Shown here in pieces: positions 8,677-18,618 of a DNA stretch of 64,000 nt. This DNA comes from Bacteroidales bacterium (GTDB taxonomy: Bacteria; Bacteroidota; Bacteroidia; Bacteroidales; VadinHA17): NCBI GenBank assembly GCA_038325595.1, contig JBBQJD010000005.1, positions 6,291 to 70,290 on the forward strand, given 5' to 3'. The notes under the pieces were generated by a model. The model ran no database searches, was not told the origin of the DNA, and saw nothing but the letters and a program-made list of their open reading frames with translations. Positions within the stretch are counted from its first letter, which is position 1, and each line of letters begins with the position of its first letter. The translations under genes and the position numbers were made by a program.

Positions 8677-10617
8677 TTAATTTATTCTGCTGATTCTTTT
8701 TGCAAGAGGCTGATCAATTGTAATAGGAACCTGTTCTTCAATTGTATTGCTGGAATCGAGTTGCAAAGCCTTAACATCTGAAATACAAAGCATCCTGGAC
8801 AGTCCGTGCAGGGCAAGTGTGAAATTTTCAACTCCGGAAAGTTCGTAATCACGTGGCATGACCCTGTCAATCAGAACATATTTAAAATCGGCAGGAAGAG
8901 AATGTTTCTTAAGGGAGTCAAAGCTGCTGATAAGCATAATCTCTCCAGATGCCATCATATCTTCCAGTACCTCTTTAAAGTACAGGTTAATTTTAGGTTC
9001 AACCTTAAAACCGATGTTAAAATCGACTCTTATTAATACACCCGGAATAATATGTGTTACTTTATAATCGAACCGGTCTGGCTCATCACTTCTGTCAACA
9101 TGAAGAAACCAGTAATTATCAGCCCTTTTAGGCTGTTTCTGGAATATGGAATAGATCACCTTTGACTCAACCTGCTCAAGCCTGTTTGCTTTTATAATGT
9201 AAACCAGGTTGGTGGCAGTTTTTGGTACTGATTCATCATTGGAGAGCTCTTTAAATAAATCAATATATTTATCGAGATAGGTAAAGGTAACATACATGTT
9301 TTTTAATTTCCTGCCAAAATACCAGCCATACATAAAAGTGAAAAAAAGAAATGACAGCATAATGGTGACCCATCCCCCATTATTGAATTTATACAGGTTG
9401 GCTATCAGGAAACTTCCTTCAATTGTGAGGAAAACCAGAATTAAGATCAGTATAATCCTGTGATTTACACCCTTCTGGTATAAATAATATGAAAGTAGCA
9501 AGGTGGTCATTATCATGGTTATCGTAATGGAAAGTCCATATGCGGCTTCCATATTCGATGATTTCCCGAAAAAGATAACTACACAGCTGCATGCCAGCCA
9601 TAAAAACCAGTTCACATTAGGCACATACACCTGACCCTTCATAAAAGGAGGATATGAAATTTTCAGCTTAGGCCAGAAGTTCAGTGAAACTGCTTCACTG
9701 ACAAGATTGTACGATCCCCGTATGAAAGCATGGCTTGCAATAACAGCTGCGGTGGCGGCAATCAGTATTCCGGGAATCAGAAACCACTGTGGCATAATGC
9801 CAAAAAATGGATTGATGCCTGTTTCAAGTCCACCTTTCATTATCAGCCATGCACCCTGCCCAAAATAGTTTAGCAGCAGGGCTATTTTAACAAAAATCCA
9901 GGTTGTTCTGATATTTCTCAAACCTACACGTCCAAGATCGGAATACAAAGCCTCTGCGCCTGTTGTTGAAAGAAATACTGCGCCGAGAAGAATAAATCCT
10001 CCCGGGTATTCTGCTAAAAATCTGTATGCATATTCCGGATTAAAAGCTTTAAGTATTTCGGGATGCTGAAGTAATTGTGAAAAACCAAGAGCTGCAATCA
10101 TTGTAAACCATATGATCATCAACGGTCCAAATGATTTTCCGATAGTACCGAACTTCTGCATAATAAATAATATGCCGAAGATTAAAAGTACAATAGCTAT
10201 TACAGGCGTTCCGGGATAAAATAACTTAAAACCTTCAATTGAGGAGGTTACAGTAATTGCCGGAGTTATGACACCATCGGCCAGCAAAGCACTTGCACCA
10301 ATCATGGTAAGGATTGCAGCCCATGATGATTTTCTTTTCATCAGGGCAAAAAGGGCAAAGATGCCTCCCTCTCCCTTATTGTTTACTTTCAGTGTTATTA
10401 AAACATATTTGATTGTTGTCTGAAGAGTAAGTGTCCAGAAAATCAATGATAGTGATCCGAAGATCAGAAGCTCATTGAATTCTGACCCTGCCGATATGAT
10501 AGCCTTCATAACATACAGGGGGCTTGTGCCCAGACCACCAAATACAATCCCAAGTGTCAGCATGACACCCGGCATAGACAGTTTGTTAATATTCAGATTA
10601 TTATATTTACCGTTCAT
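8677..10617 (-). CDS. kup: KUP/HAK/KT family potassium transporter
   Basis: GTSPLYVMK signature near the N-terminus, about 12 TM segments plus a cytoplasmic C-domain, 646 aa. Confidence 0.92.
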   Translation of the reverse strand: MNGKYNNLNINKLSMPGVMLTLGIVFGGLGTSPLYVMKAIISAGSEFNELLIFGSLSLIFWTLTLQTTIKYVLITLKVNNKGEGGIFALFALMKRKSSWAAILTMIGASALLADGVITPAITVTSSIEGFKLFYPGTPVIAIVLLIFGILFIMQKFGTIGKSFGPLMIIWFTMIAALGFSQLLQHPEILKAFNPEYAYRFLAEYPGGFILLGAVFLSTTGAEALYSDLGRVGLRNIRTTWIFVKIALLLNYFGQGAWLIMKGGLETGINPFFGIMPQWFLIPGILIAATAAVIASHAFIRGSYNLVSEAVSLNFWPKLKISYPPFMKGQVYVPNVNWFLWLACSCVVIFFGKSSNMEAAYGLSITITMIMTTLLLSYYLYQKGVNHRIILILILVFLTIEGSFLIANLYKFNNGGWVTIMLSFLFFTFMYGWYFGRKLKNMYVTFTYLDKYIDLFKELSNDESVPKTATNLVYIIKANRLEQVESKVIYSIFQKQPKRADNYWFLHVDRSDEPDRFDYKVTHIIPGVLIRVDFNIGFKVEPKINLYFKEVLEDMMASGEIMLISSFDSLKKHSLPADFKYVLIDRVMPRDYELSGVENFTLALHGLSRMLCISDVKALQLDSSNTIEEQVPITIDQPLAKRISRIN

Positions 10618-10752
10618 GGCCTGAAATTGAACAAAAAACGGCCTAAGTTAGCAATTAACTTTTTAACCTGCAGTTTAATGGAATAATTTTTATTAAATGT
10701 ATCTTTGAGAACACCAATGTGATCAGAACAGCTATTAACTGACTTCAGAAAG

Positions 10753-11898
10753 ATGCTAAAACTTTTTCATTTCAGATACGGGAATACTTTCCTGTTAATG
10801 CTCATATTGTTTTTTTCTTTTCTGACTGTCAGATGTCAGGACAATAACAAAATTTCCTTTCTGTTCATTGGCGACATCATGGGTCATGATGAACAGATCT
10901 GGTCAGCCGAAGACAGACAAAGTCATACCTTCGATTATAATGAGGTATTCGGGTATGTTAAGCCCCTGATTTCCGAAGCTGATATTGCTGTAGCAAATTT
11001 TGAAGTCACTCTTGCCGGACAACCCTACATGGGATATCCTCAATTCAGTTCTCCTGCTGCGCTTGCACTTGCATGTAAAAACGCAGGAGTCGATTACCTG
11101 ACAACCGCCAATAACCATTCTGCTGACCGCGGGAAAGACGGGATAATCAATACTATACACCGGCTTGACAGCCTGGGAATAGGACATACGGGAACATTTG
11201 TTGATTCATTGTCAAGGATGAACCACTCCCCACTGATGATAACAAAAAAAGGAGCATCGATTGCCTTACTGAATTATACCTATGGAACAAACGGAATATC
11301 AGTTCCTGAACCTGCAATTGTTAATATACTTGATAAAGAATTGATTACCAAAGACATACAAAATGCCAGGAATAAAAGTGCTGATCTTGTCATCCTGTTC
11401 CTGCACTGGGGTACGGAATATGACACTGTACCATCAGAATACCAGTCTGAACTTGCAGATTATTTCTTTTCAGCCGGTGCTGACCTGGTAATAGGTTCAC
11501 ATCCTCATGTTCTTCAGAAAATGGTCTGGTCAAAAAATGATCCACCAGAAAAAGATGAATTAACAGTCTATTCGCTTGGCAACTTTGTTTCAAATCAGAG
11601 ACGCCCTAAAACTGATGGCGGTTCAATGGTCAGGGTTGAATTTACGAAAAGTCATGATTCCTATAAAATTACAGATGCAGGATATTACCTGACATGGGTA
11701 TATACCCCGATTGAGAAATACAGAAAGAAATATTTTATTCTTCCATGTCCTGAGTTTGAAAACAATCCTGCTTTTTTCAAAAACCCTGATGATTACAACC
11801 TTATGAAAAAATTCATCAATGAATCACGGGCTCTGCTAAACGGACAAAATATCAATGTAAAGGAAATAATACCTTCATTTTCTGAAGCTGGTTTTTAA
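10753..11898 (+). CDS. CapA family (PGA_cap metallophosphatase-like) exported protein
   Basis: GDIMGHD, ANFEV, NNHSADRG and GSHPHVLQ blocks typical of CapA. Signal peptide ends VRC|QD. Confidence 0.8.
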   Translation: MLKLFHFRYGNTFLLMLILFFSFLTVRCQDNNKISFLFIGDIMGHDEQIWSAEDRQSHTFDYNEVFGYVKPLISEADIAVANFEVTLAGQPYMGYPQFSSPAALALACKNAGVDYLTTANNHSADRGKDGIINTIHRLDSLGIGHTGTFVDSLSRMNHSPLMITKKGASIALLNYTYGTNGISVPEPAIVNILDKELITKDIQNARNKSADLVILFLHWGTEYDTVPSEYQSELADYFFSAGADLVIGSHPHVLQKMVWSKNDPPEKDELTVYSLGNFVSNQRRPKTDGGSMVRVEFTKSHDSYKITDAGYYLTWVYTPIEKYRKKYFILPCPEFENNPAFFKNPDDYNLMKKFINESRALLNGQNINVKEIIPSFSEAGF

Positions 11899-11955
11899 CG
11901 ATATTTGTTATATAATTGCAAGATATTGAATATGTATAATGACTAAAACTAAAAG

Positions 11956-12666
11956 ATGAACGATTCAATAGCCCTTCTTTCAGTAACCGCCATCTCAATT
12001 GGTTTTCTCCATACAATCCTTGGACCTGATCATTATTTACCCTTTATTGTGCTCAGTCAGGCAAAGAAATGGTCGCTCAGGAAAACCATGATAATAACTT
12101 TCTTTTGCGGCCTTGGACATGTCGTGAGCTCAGTAGTGCTTGGACTGGTTGGTATTGCTGTGGGCATTTCTGTTTCAAAGCTGGTAAATGTTGAATCATT
12201 CCGCGGCAATATCGCAGCATGGCTATTCATAGCATTCGGACTGGTTTACATGATCATAAGTGTCAGAAACCTTATTAAAAACAGGAAACACACACATTCA
12301 CATTTCCATTTAGGAGGTGAAAAGCATCTGCATGAACATGATCATCATAAAGATCATACTCATATTCACCAGGATGAAGTTGTAAAAACCACTCCATGGA
12401 TCCTCTTCCTGATCTTCGTTTTCGGACCATGTGAACCGCTGATACCGATTCTGATGTATCCTGCTGCTGAAAATAATTTTGCAGGATCTGTACTGGTGTC
12501 AATACTCTTTTCTGTAGTTACAATTGGCACAATGATGTCTGTGGTTCTTGCATTCAAACTGGGACTGAACAGGATAAATCTTAAACCTGTCGAAAAATAC
12601 AGCCATCTGATAGCAGGAGCAACAATTTTCTTCTCAGGCCTTGCTATTCAGTTCCTTGGTCTGTAA
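11956..12666 (+). CDS. metal transporter-like membrane protein with a histidine-rich loop (NicO/RcnA-like architecture)
   Basis: TM1 motif GFLHTILGPDH, central loop HTHSHFHLGGEKHLHEHDHHKDHTHIH, then FGPCEPLIP. This parallels E. coli RcnA (HGLEPGH, His-rich loop, GLIPCP). Family assignment is from memory. Confidence 0.5.
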   Translation: MNDSIALLSVTAISIGFLHTILGPDHYLPFIVLSQAKKWSLRKTMIITFFCGLGHVVSSVVLGLVGIAVGISVSKLVNVESFRGNIAAWLFIAFGLVYMIISVRNLIKNRKHTHSHFHLGGEKHLHEHDHHKDHTHIHQDEVVKTTPWILFLIFVFGPCEPLIPILMYPAAENNFAGSVLVSILFSVVTIGTMMSVVLAFKLGLNRINLKPVEKYSHLIAGATIFFSGLAIQFLGL

Positions 12667-12715
12667 ATTCATCCGTACTTTGCAGTCCAATATTTTCATC
12701 ATATGACCGGAATTA

Positions 12716-13547
12716 TTGAATTTGATGCTTTTTCTTTTTGGCATCATGAGTGCTGTATCCCTGCCTCTTGGCGCAATGCTTGCTTTGAAATGGACACCAA
12801 AACCAAGAATCCTGGCATCATTTATGGCTATTGGTGCGGGAGCCCTGCTTGCAGCTCTGACGATTGATCTTGTTGCTGTTTCTGTCAGCAAGGGACATTT
12901 CTACCCGCTTGCCATCGGAATGATAATTGGCGGAATATTTTTTGTTTCACTTGATAAGCTGGTCAACAGCCATGGTGGATTCCTCCGTAAAACAGCTACA
13001 ATACTTACCCATATAAGCTGAAGAATGGTATTCAGAAGCCCTTAAGCACTTTACACAAAAGAAATCTGATATTACACTATCAGATGTAAATGAGGAGATT
13101 GCAGAACACAAGAATCCATCCATGGCTATATGGATGGGAATAATGCTTGATGGCATTCCTGAATCTTTTGTAATCGGTTCCAGTCTTCTCCTTCATCCCA
13201 CAATGAGCCTTTCCTTGCTGGCAGGACTTTTCATATCGAACTTTCCAGAAGCACTTTCAAGTTCGGTAGGTATGAGAAATCAAAAAATGTCAAACCGCAG
13301 GATCCTGTTAATGTGGTCTTCAATAATGATAGTGACCGGTGCCGGAGCATACTTTGGAAATATATTTTTTGTAAATGTATCTGCCGGAACATTTGCCCTT
13401 GTCGATGGGATGGCTGCTGGTGCCATGCTCACGATGATTGCAGAAACAATGCTTCCTGAAGCCTTTCATATTGGAGGATCTGTCACAGGCTTATCGGCAC
13501 TGGGTGGATTCCTGCTGACATTATTATTTAAGGTGATTGGAGAATAA
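12716..13547 (+). pseudogene. ZIP (ZupT/GufA-like) metal transporter interrupted by a single frameshift near 13010-13020
   Basis: ORF 12716-13021 matches the ZupT N-terminal TM region. The frame of ORF 13122-13547 is open back to 13017 (AEEWYSEALKHF...) and carries LDGIPESF, ISNFPEAL and MIAETMLPEA, equivalent to the ZupT HNFPEG, HNIPEG and ELMP blocks. The two parts sit in frames offset by one. Confidence 0.65.
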
Positions 13548-13639
13548 CTGTAAGAAGAAGAGAATGATCATGTAACGGTCATAAATCTTCCACAATTTGT
13601 AATTTAATTACTAGCTTTGCATAAAATTAAACTGCACGC

Positions 13640-14284
13640 ATGAACTACGATTATAATACACAAAGAAAGAGGATGGCTTTGCCTGAGTACGGGAGAAACG
13701 TTCAGAAAATGGTTGATCACATTAAGACTATTGAAGACCGTGATGAGAGAAACCGTGCAGCAAAAACAATAATTCAGATTATGGGCAATCTGAATCCCCA
13801 CCTTCGCGATATCGGAGATTTTAAGCATAAATTATGGGATCATCTTGCCCTGATTGCTAATTTCGAGCTTGACATTGATTCACCATATGACGTACCTGAG
13901 CCTTCAAAATTCGTTGAAAAACCAAAACAGGTTCCTTACCAGCAGGGGGGGATAAAATATCTTCATTATGGCCGCATAATAGAGCTGATGATCAATGCAG
14001 CTTCAGAAATGGAAGACGGCGATGAGAAGGAATATCTTACTAATCTCATTGTCAACCAGATGAAAAAGTCATATATTACCTGGAACAGGGGACAGGTAGC
14101 TGATGAGGTGATTATCGATAATCTTAAGACACTATCGAGGGGCAGGCTTAAAATAACAGAGGGAGTAAAGATCCTTGAGGTAAGAGAGCTCATTCCTCCC
14201 GTTAAAAGAAAACCAATGGGAAAACCTCACGGAAAACAGCAAAACAATAAGTTCATTAAGAAAAAAGGATACAGCAGACATTAA
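13640..14284 (+). CDS. DUF4290 domain protein
   Basis: N-terminus MNYDYNTQRKRMALPEYGRNVQKMV, and its position immediately upstream of and abutting murA, as is usual in Bacteroidota. Confidence 0.75.
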   Translation: MNYDYNTQRKRMALPEYGRNVQKMVDHIKTIEDRDERNRAAKTIIQIMGNLNPHLRDIGDFKHKLWDHLALIANFELDIDSPYDVPEPSKFVEKPKQVPYQQGGIKYLHYGRIIELMINAASEMEDGDEKEYLTNLIVNQMKKSYITWNRGQVADEVIIDNLKTLSRGRLKITEGVKILEVRELIPPVKRKPMGKPHGKQQNNKFIKKKGYSRH

Positions 14285-15588
14285 TGGCAACTTTTATTGT
14301 CAATGGAGGAAGATCGCTGAAAGGGGAAATAACGCCACAGGGAGCCAAAAACGAAGCGCTTCAGGTTATTTGTGCAACTCTCCTCACCACCGAAAAAATT
14401 ACTTTAAAAAATATTCCCGACATTATTGACGTCCGTAAGCTGATAGATCTTATTGGCTCAATGGGTGTGAAAATTACCCATGAATCCGATTCAGTTACAA
14501 GCTTTGAAGCAACCAGTGTTGATCTCGATTACCTTCAAACTCCGGAATTCAGATCACAGAGTTCCAGCCTGAGAGGTTCAATCATGATAGTAGGTCCGCT
14601 TCTGGCACGGTTCGGGAAGGCTTTTATCCCCAAACCGGGAGGTGACAAAATCGGACGCCGCCGGGTTGATACCCATTTCCAGGGATTTCAAAAACTGGGA
14701 GCCAGATTCGAATTCGACACATCCGATCCATTCTTTAAAGTTGAAGCTCCTTCATTAACAGGAACTTACATACACCTCGATGAAGCTTCGGTAACAGGTA
14801 CTGCCAATATAATAATGGCTGCAGTTCTTGCGAAAGGGCGTACAACGATTTATAATGCTGCCTGTGAGCCATATATACAGCAGCTCTGCCGGATGCTGGT
14901 TTCAATGGGGGCACGGATCGAGGGAATCGGATCAAATTTGCTTTATATAGATGGGGTGAGCAGTCTTGCAGGTTGTGTCCATACCATTCTTCCCGATATG
15001 ATCGAAATAGGATCTTTCATCGGTATGGCTGCAATGACAGGATCTGAAATAACTATTAAAAATACTTCCTACGATAACCTGGGGATCATACCGGATTCAT
15101 TCTGCCGTCTGGGGATAAAGCTTGAAAGAAGAGGTGATGATATATACATCCCCACCCAGGAACATTATGAGATTGAAACATTTATTGATGGATCGATAAT
15201 GACTATCTCGGATGCTATCTGGCCCGGTCTGACCCCTGATCTTCTGAGTGTTTTCCTTGTTACAGCAACGCAGGCAAAAGGCGCAGTGCTTATTCACCAG
15301 AAAATGTTTGAAAGCCGTCTGTTCTTTGTCGACAAGCTGATTGACATGGGAGCACAGATAATTTTATGTGATCCTCACCGGGCAACAGTTATCGGGCAGA
15401 ATAATATGATAAAATTAAAGGGCACGGTAATGTCTTCACCCGATATCAGGGCAGGCGTTGCCCTGCTGATCGCTGCTCTTTCTGCAGAAGGCAGAAGTGT
15501 TATACATAACATAGAGCAGATCGACAGAGGTTATCAGAACATAGATACGCGTCTTAATGCACTTGGTGCAGATATTACCAGGCTTTAG
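14284..15588 (+). CDS. murA: UDP-N-acetylglucosamine 1-carboxyvinyltransferase
   Basis: 434 aa. Has GAKNEALQV, the KPGGDKIGRRRVD loop (Asp in place of the catalytic Cys, a fosfomycin-insensitive type) and the C-terminal IDRGYQNIDTRLNALGA. Confidence 0.95.
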   Translation: MATFIVNGGRSLKGEITPQGAKNEALQVICATLLTTEKITLKNIPDIIDVRKLIDLIGSMGVKITHESDSVTSFEATSVDLDYLQTPEFRSQSSSLRGSIMIVGPLLARFGKAFIPKPGGDKIGRRRVDTHFQGFQKLGARFEFDTSDPFFKVEAPSLTGTYIHLDEASVTGTANIIMAAVLAKGRTTIYNAACEPYIQQLCRMLVSMGARIEGIGSNLLYIDGVSSLAGCVHTILPDMIEIGSFIGMAAMTGSEITIKNTSYDNLGIIPDSFCRLGIKLERRGDDIYIPTQEHYEIETFIDGSIMTISDAIWPGLTPDLLSVFLVTATQAKGAVLIHQKMFESRLFFVDKLIDMGAQIILCDPHRATVIGQNNMIKLKGTVMSSPDIRAGVALLIAALSAEGRSVIHNIEQIDRGYQNIDTRLNALGADITRL

Positions 15589-15590
15589 AA

Positions 15591-15644
15591 GTAGTAAAAG
15601 CTGTATAGGCAGTAAAAGCTGTATAGGCAGTAAAAGCACTATTT
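15591..15644. repeat. 18-nt tandem repeat, about 3 units (third degenerate)
   Basis: gtagtaaaagctgtatag / gcagtaaaagctgtatag / gcagtaaaagcactattt, starting 3 nt after the murA stop. Confidence 0.8.
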
Positions 15645-15735
15645 TACAAGGCTCTAAATTTCTGCCAAATTGGCAATATCGGGTATTGGCAGGTATTTTG
15701 TTAAGAATATGTTTAAAAACTGAAAAAAACAGTTA

Positions 15736-16380
15736 GTGATGATGAAGAAAAAGACACAGGTTACCGATGAGGAGCATCGGAGAGAAACTGATAAAACAAC
15801 TGGGTATAAAGAGAATAGTCAGAATATGGAGGCAAATAAAAGCATTGAAGCTGATATTCAACCTTCAGAAGAAAATAACAATACCGCTGCCGGAAATATT
15901 TCTGCAGGTGAAGTGACTGACAAAGTTGTCGATGTATTAAATGCAACTGAAGAAAAACTGGCAGACCTTCAGGATAAGTATGTTCGTTTATCTGCGGAAT
16001 TTGACAACTACCGGAAAAGAACGTTGCGCGAGAAAATGGACATGGTTAAATATTCAGGCGAAGATATTCTTCTCAAGATTCTTCCGTTTATGGATGATTT
16101 TGACAGGGCTTTGTCACATATGGATGTTATTACTGACTGTGCTGCAATGAAAAGCGGTATTGAACTTATTTACAGCAAATTAAATGATTTTTTAAAGCAG
16201 AATGGAGTAAAGGAAATAGAATCGGTTAATAGTGATTTCAATGTCGATCTTCATGAAGCTGTTGCAAAGGTGCCGGTGATTGAGAAAGATAAAAAAGGCA
16301 AAGTTATTGATGTGATTCAGAAAGGTTATTTCCTTCAGGATAAAGTAATTCGATTTTCAAAAGTGGTTGTTGGTGAATAA
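15736..16380 (+). CDS. grpE: nucleotide exchange factor GrpE
   Basis: LRLSAEFDNYRKRTLREK and the C-terminal GY.L.DKVIR..KVVV motif. The start may be ATG at 15739 or 15742 rather than GTG at 15736. Confidence 0.9.
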   Translation: MMMKKKTQVTDEEHRRETDKTTGYKENSQNMEANKSIEADIQPSEENNNTAAGNISAGEVTDKVVDVLNATEEKLADLQDKYVRLSAEFDNYRKRTLREKMDMVKYSGEDILLKILPFMDDFDRALSHMDVITDCAAMKSGIELIYSKLNDFLKQNGVKEIESVNSDFNVDLHEAVAKVPVIEKDKKGKVIDVIQKGYFLQDKVIRFSKVVVGE

Positions 16381-16402
16381 TTTACATAAAAATTAAAGAG
16401 GG

Positions 16403-17548
16403 ATGGAGAAGAGAGATTATTATGAAGTGCTTGGTGTTCCGAGAGAGGCGACTAAAGACCAGATTAAAAAAGCCTACAGGAAACAGGCACTGAAATATCA
16501 TCCTGACAAAAATCCCGGAGATAAAAAGTCTGAGGAAAACTTCAAGGAGGCCGCAGAAGCCTATGAAGTCCTGAGCAGTGATGAAAAAAAGACCCGTTAT
16601 GACCGTTATGGACATGCTGGTGTCGGAGGTGCCGCAAGCAACTTCGGAGGCCAGGGTATGACTATGGAAGATATTTTCTCCTCCTTTGGGGATATTTTTG
16701 GTGATGCATTCGGAGGATTCGGAGGTGGCGGACGTCGCGGTGGACGAAGAGTTAATAAAGGAAGCAATCTCCGCGTAAAGGTTAAGGTCAATCTTCAGGA
16801 AATTGCAACAGGCACCGAGAAAAAAATCAAGGTTAATAAGTATAATACCTGCACTGAATGTGACGGTACGGGTGCTGCTGATCCTTCAGATATAGTTACA
16901 TGCCAGACCTGTCACGGTTCGGGCCATGTTACACGACTGACAAATACAATGCTTGGCCAGATGCAGACAACGTCAGCCTGTCCTTCATGTGGGGGCGAAG
17001 GCAGGACAATAACCAAAAAATGCAGTGTCTGCTATGGAGAGGGTATAGTTCAGAAAGAAGAAATTATAAAGATCAATATACCGGCAGGAGTTGGAAAAGG
17101 AATGCAGATGACCGTCTCCGGTAAGGGAAACGCCCCAAGGAGAGGCGGCATAAATGGAGATCTTCTGGTAGTAATTGATGAAGAAGATCATCCTGAACTG
17201 ATAAGAGAGGGCAATGATTTGATATACAATCTTTTCATTTCTATACCTGATGCTATTCTGGGCACTCAAGTCGAAGTACCGACAGTGGACAATAATGTTA
17301 AAATAAAAATAGAACCGGGCACACAACCAGGAAGGATACTCAGGCTTCGTGGCAAGGGACTTCCTGAAGTCAACGGCTACGGCAAAGGTGACCTTCTGGT
17401 GAACGTTAATGTATGGATACCCAAAAGCCTGAACAAGGATGAACTTAAAACCTTTGAGAGATTAAAGGATTCTGATTCATTTACTCCTGATCCGGATAAA
17501 AATGATAAGGGATTCTTTGAAAGGATGAAAGGTTATTTTGAGCAGTGA
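16403..17548 (+). CDS. dnaJ: molecular chaperone DnaJ
   Basis: J-domain (DYYEVLGV...HPDKNPGD), G/F-rich linker and four CxxCxGxG zinc-finger repeats. Confidence 0.97.
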   Translation: MEKRDYYEVLGVPREATKDQIKKAYRKQALKYHPDKNPGDKKSEENFKEAAEAYEVLSSDEKKTRYDRYGHAGVGGAASNFGGQGMTMEDIFSSFGDIFGDAFGGFGGGGRRGGRRVNKGSNLRVKVKVNLQEIATGTEKKIKVNKYNTCTECDGTGAADPSDIVTCQTCHGSGHVTRLTNTMLGQMQTTSACPSCGGEGRTITKKCSVCYGEGIVQKEEIIKINIPAGVGKGMQMTVSGKGNAPRRGGINGDLLVVIDEEDHPELIREGNDLIYNLFISIPDAILGTQVEVPTVDNNVKIKIEPGTQPGRILRLRGKGLPEVNGYGKGDLLVNVNVWIPKSLNKDELKTFERLKDSDSFTPDPDKNDKGFFERMKGYFEQ

Positions 17549-17583
17549 TTTCTAAATTTCAGGCCATAACAATGGTCCTGAAT

Positions 17584-17643
17584 AACTCCGTGATTCAAAA
17601 GTGTAATTAATAAAGTCTTACACTGGAATCACGGAGTTTTTTT
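17584..17643 (+). terminator. rho-independent terminator after dnaJ
   Basis: 13-bp stem aactccgtgattc / gaatcacggagtt with an inner gtgtaa/ttacac stem, followed by a T-run. Confidence 0.8.
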
Positions 17644-17683
17644 ATATTTACAATCGTTTAAACATCAAAATTATAATTTTCTT

Positions 17684-18592
17684 ATGGCACTTTTCGAAGC
17701 AATAAATGTTACAAAACAATACAGCAATCATCTGGCACTTGATAAGGTCAGCATTTCTGTACCTGAACAATGCATTTATGGCCTGCTAGGGCCAAATGGT
17801 GCAGGAAAAACAACATTGATCAGGATAATCAACCAGATAACCGGACCAGATTCAGGTGAGCTGTTTCTGAACGGTAAAAAACTATCTCCGGAAGATGTTC
17901 AGCTTATAGGATATCTCCCCGAAGAAAGAGGACTGTACAAAAAAATGAAGGTTGGAGAACAGGCTTTGTATTTTGCACAGCTTAAAGGCCTTTCCAGATC
18001 CGAGGCAATGAAAAGACTCAGATACTGGTTCAAAAAACTCGAAATTATCGACTGGTGGGGCAAAAAAGTCGAAGAATTATCAAAAGGTATGCAACAGAAA
18101 GTTCAATTTGTAACAACCGTGCTTCATGAGCCCAAGCTTCTCATTTTTGATGAGCCGTTTACAGGGTTTGATCCCCTGAATACCAATATCATCAAAAAGG
18201 AAATCTTATTCCTCAGGGAAAGAGGAGCCACAATAATATTTTCAACCCATAACATGGAATCTGTTGAAGAGCTTTGCGACAATATCACTCTTATCGACAA
18301 AGCCAAAACTATTCTCGAAGGAAGCGTTAATGAGATCAGAAGCCAGTGGGCTGCGCATGAATATGACCTTGTATTTGACGGAGATGTAAATATCAATGAA
18401 AATTCACATTACACTATTCTGAACAGCCAGAAGGAAAATAACAAGAGCATTATCCGTCTGAAGACAAAAAGCGATGTGCAGACAAATACAATCCTTCAGA
18501 ATTTCATGACAGCGGGCAGCATCATTTCTTTTAATCCTGCTCTTCCCTCAATGAACGAGATATTCATCAGGGTAATTGAAACCCGTAATTAA
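17684..18592 (+). CDS. ABC transporter ATP-binding protein (NatA-like, ABC-2 type)
   Basis: Walker A GPNGAGKTT, signature LSKGMQQK and Walker B LLIFDEP. 302 aa. Confidence 0.9.
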   Translation: MALFEAINVTKQYSNHLALDKVSISVPEQCIYGLLGPNGAGKTTLIRIINQITGPDSGELFLNGKKLSPEDVQLIGYLPEERGLYKKMKVGEQALYFAQLKGLSRSEAMKRLRYWFKKLEIIDWWGKKVEELSKGMQQKVQFVTTVLHEPKLLIFDEPFTGFDPLNTNIIKKEILFLRERGATIIFSTHNMESVEELCDNITLIDKAKTILEGSVNEIRSQWAAHEYDLVFDGDVNINENSHYTILNSQKENNKSIIRLKTKSDVQTNTILQNFMTAGSIISFNPALPSMNEIFIRVIETRN

Positions 18593-18618
18593 ATCCTTTA
18601 ATAAGTAAATAGTTTATT

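Noticed and set aside
10618-10752. c-di-AMP (ydaO-type) riboswitch upstream of kup
   Set aside because: The leader is only about 135 nt, AT-rich and lacks the paired pseudo-symmetric GC-rich helices expected. No support was found.
12703-12725. Alternative ATG at 12703 as the ZIP gene start
   Set aside because: It is in a different frame from the TM-encoding ORF. The in-frame candidates are TTG at 12716 or ATG at 12725.
15591-15644. Possible CRISPR array (repeated 18-mers)
   Set aside because: The units are directly adjacent with no spacers, only about 3 copies, and no cas genes anywhere in the window. This is a plain tandem repeat.
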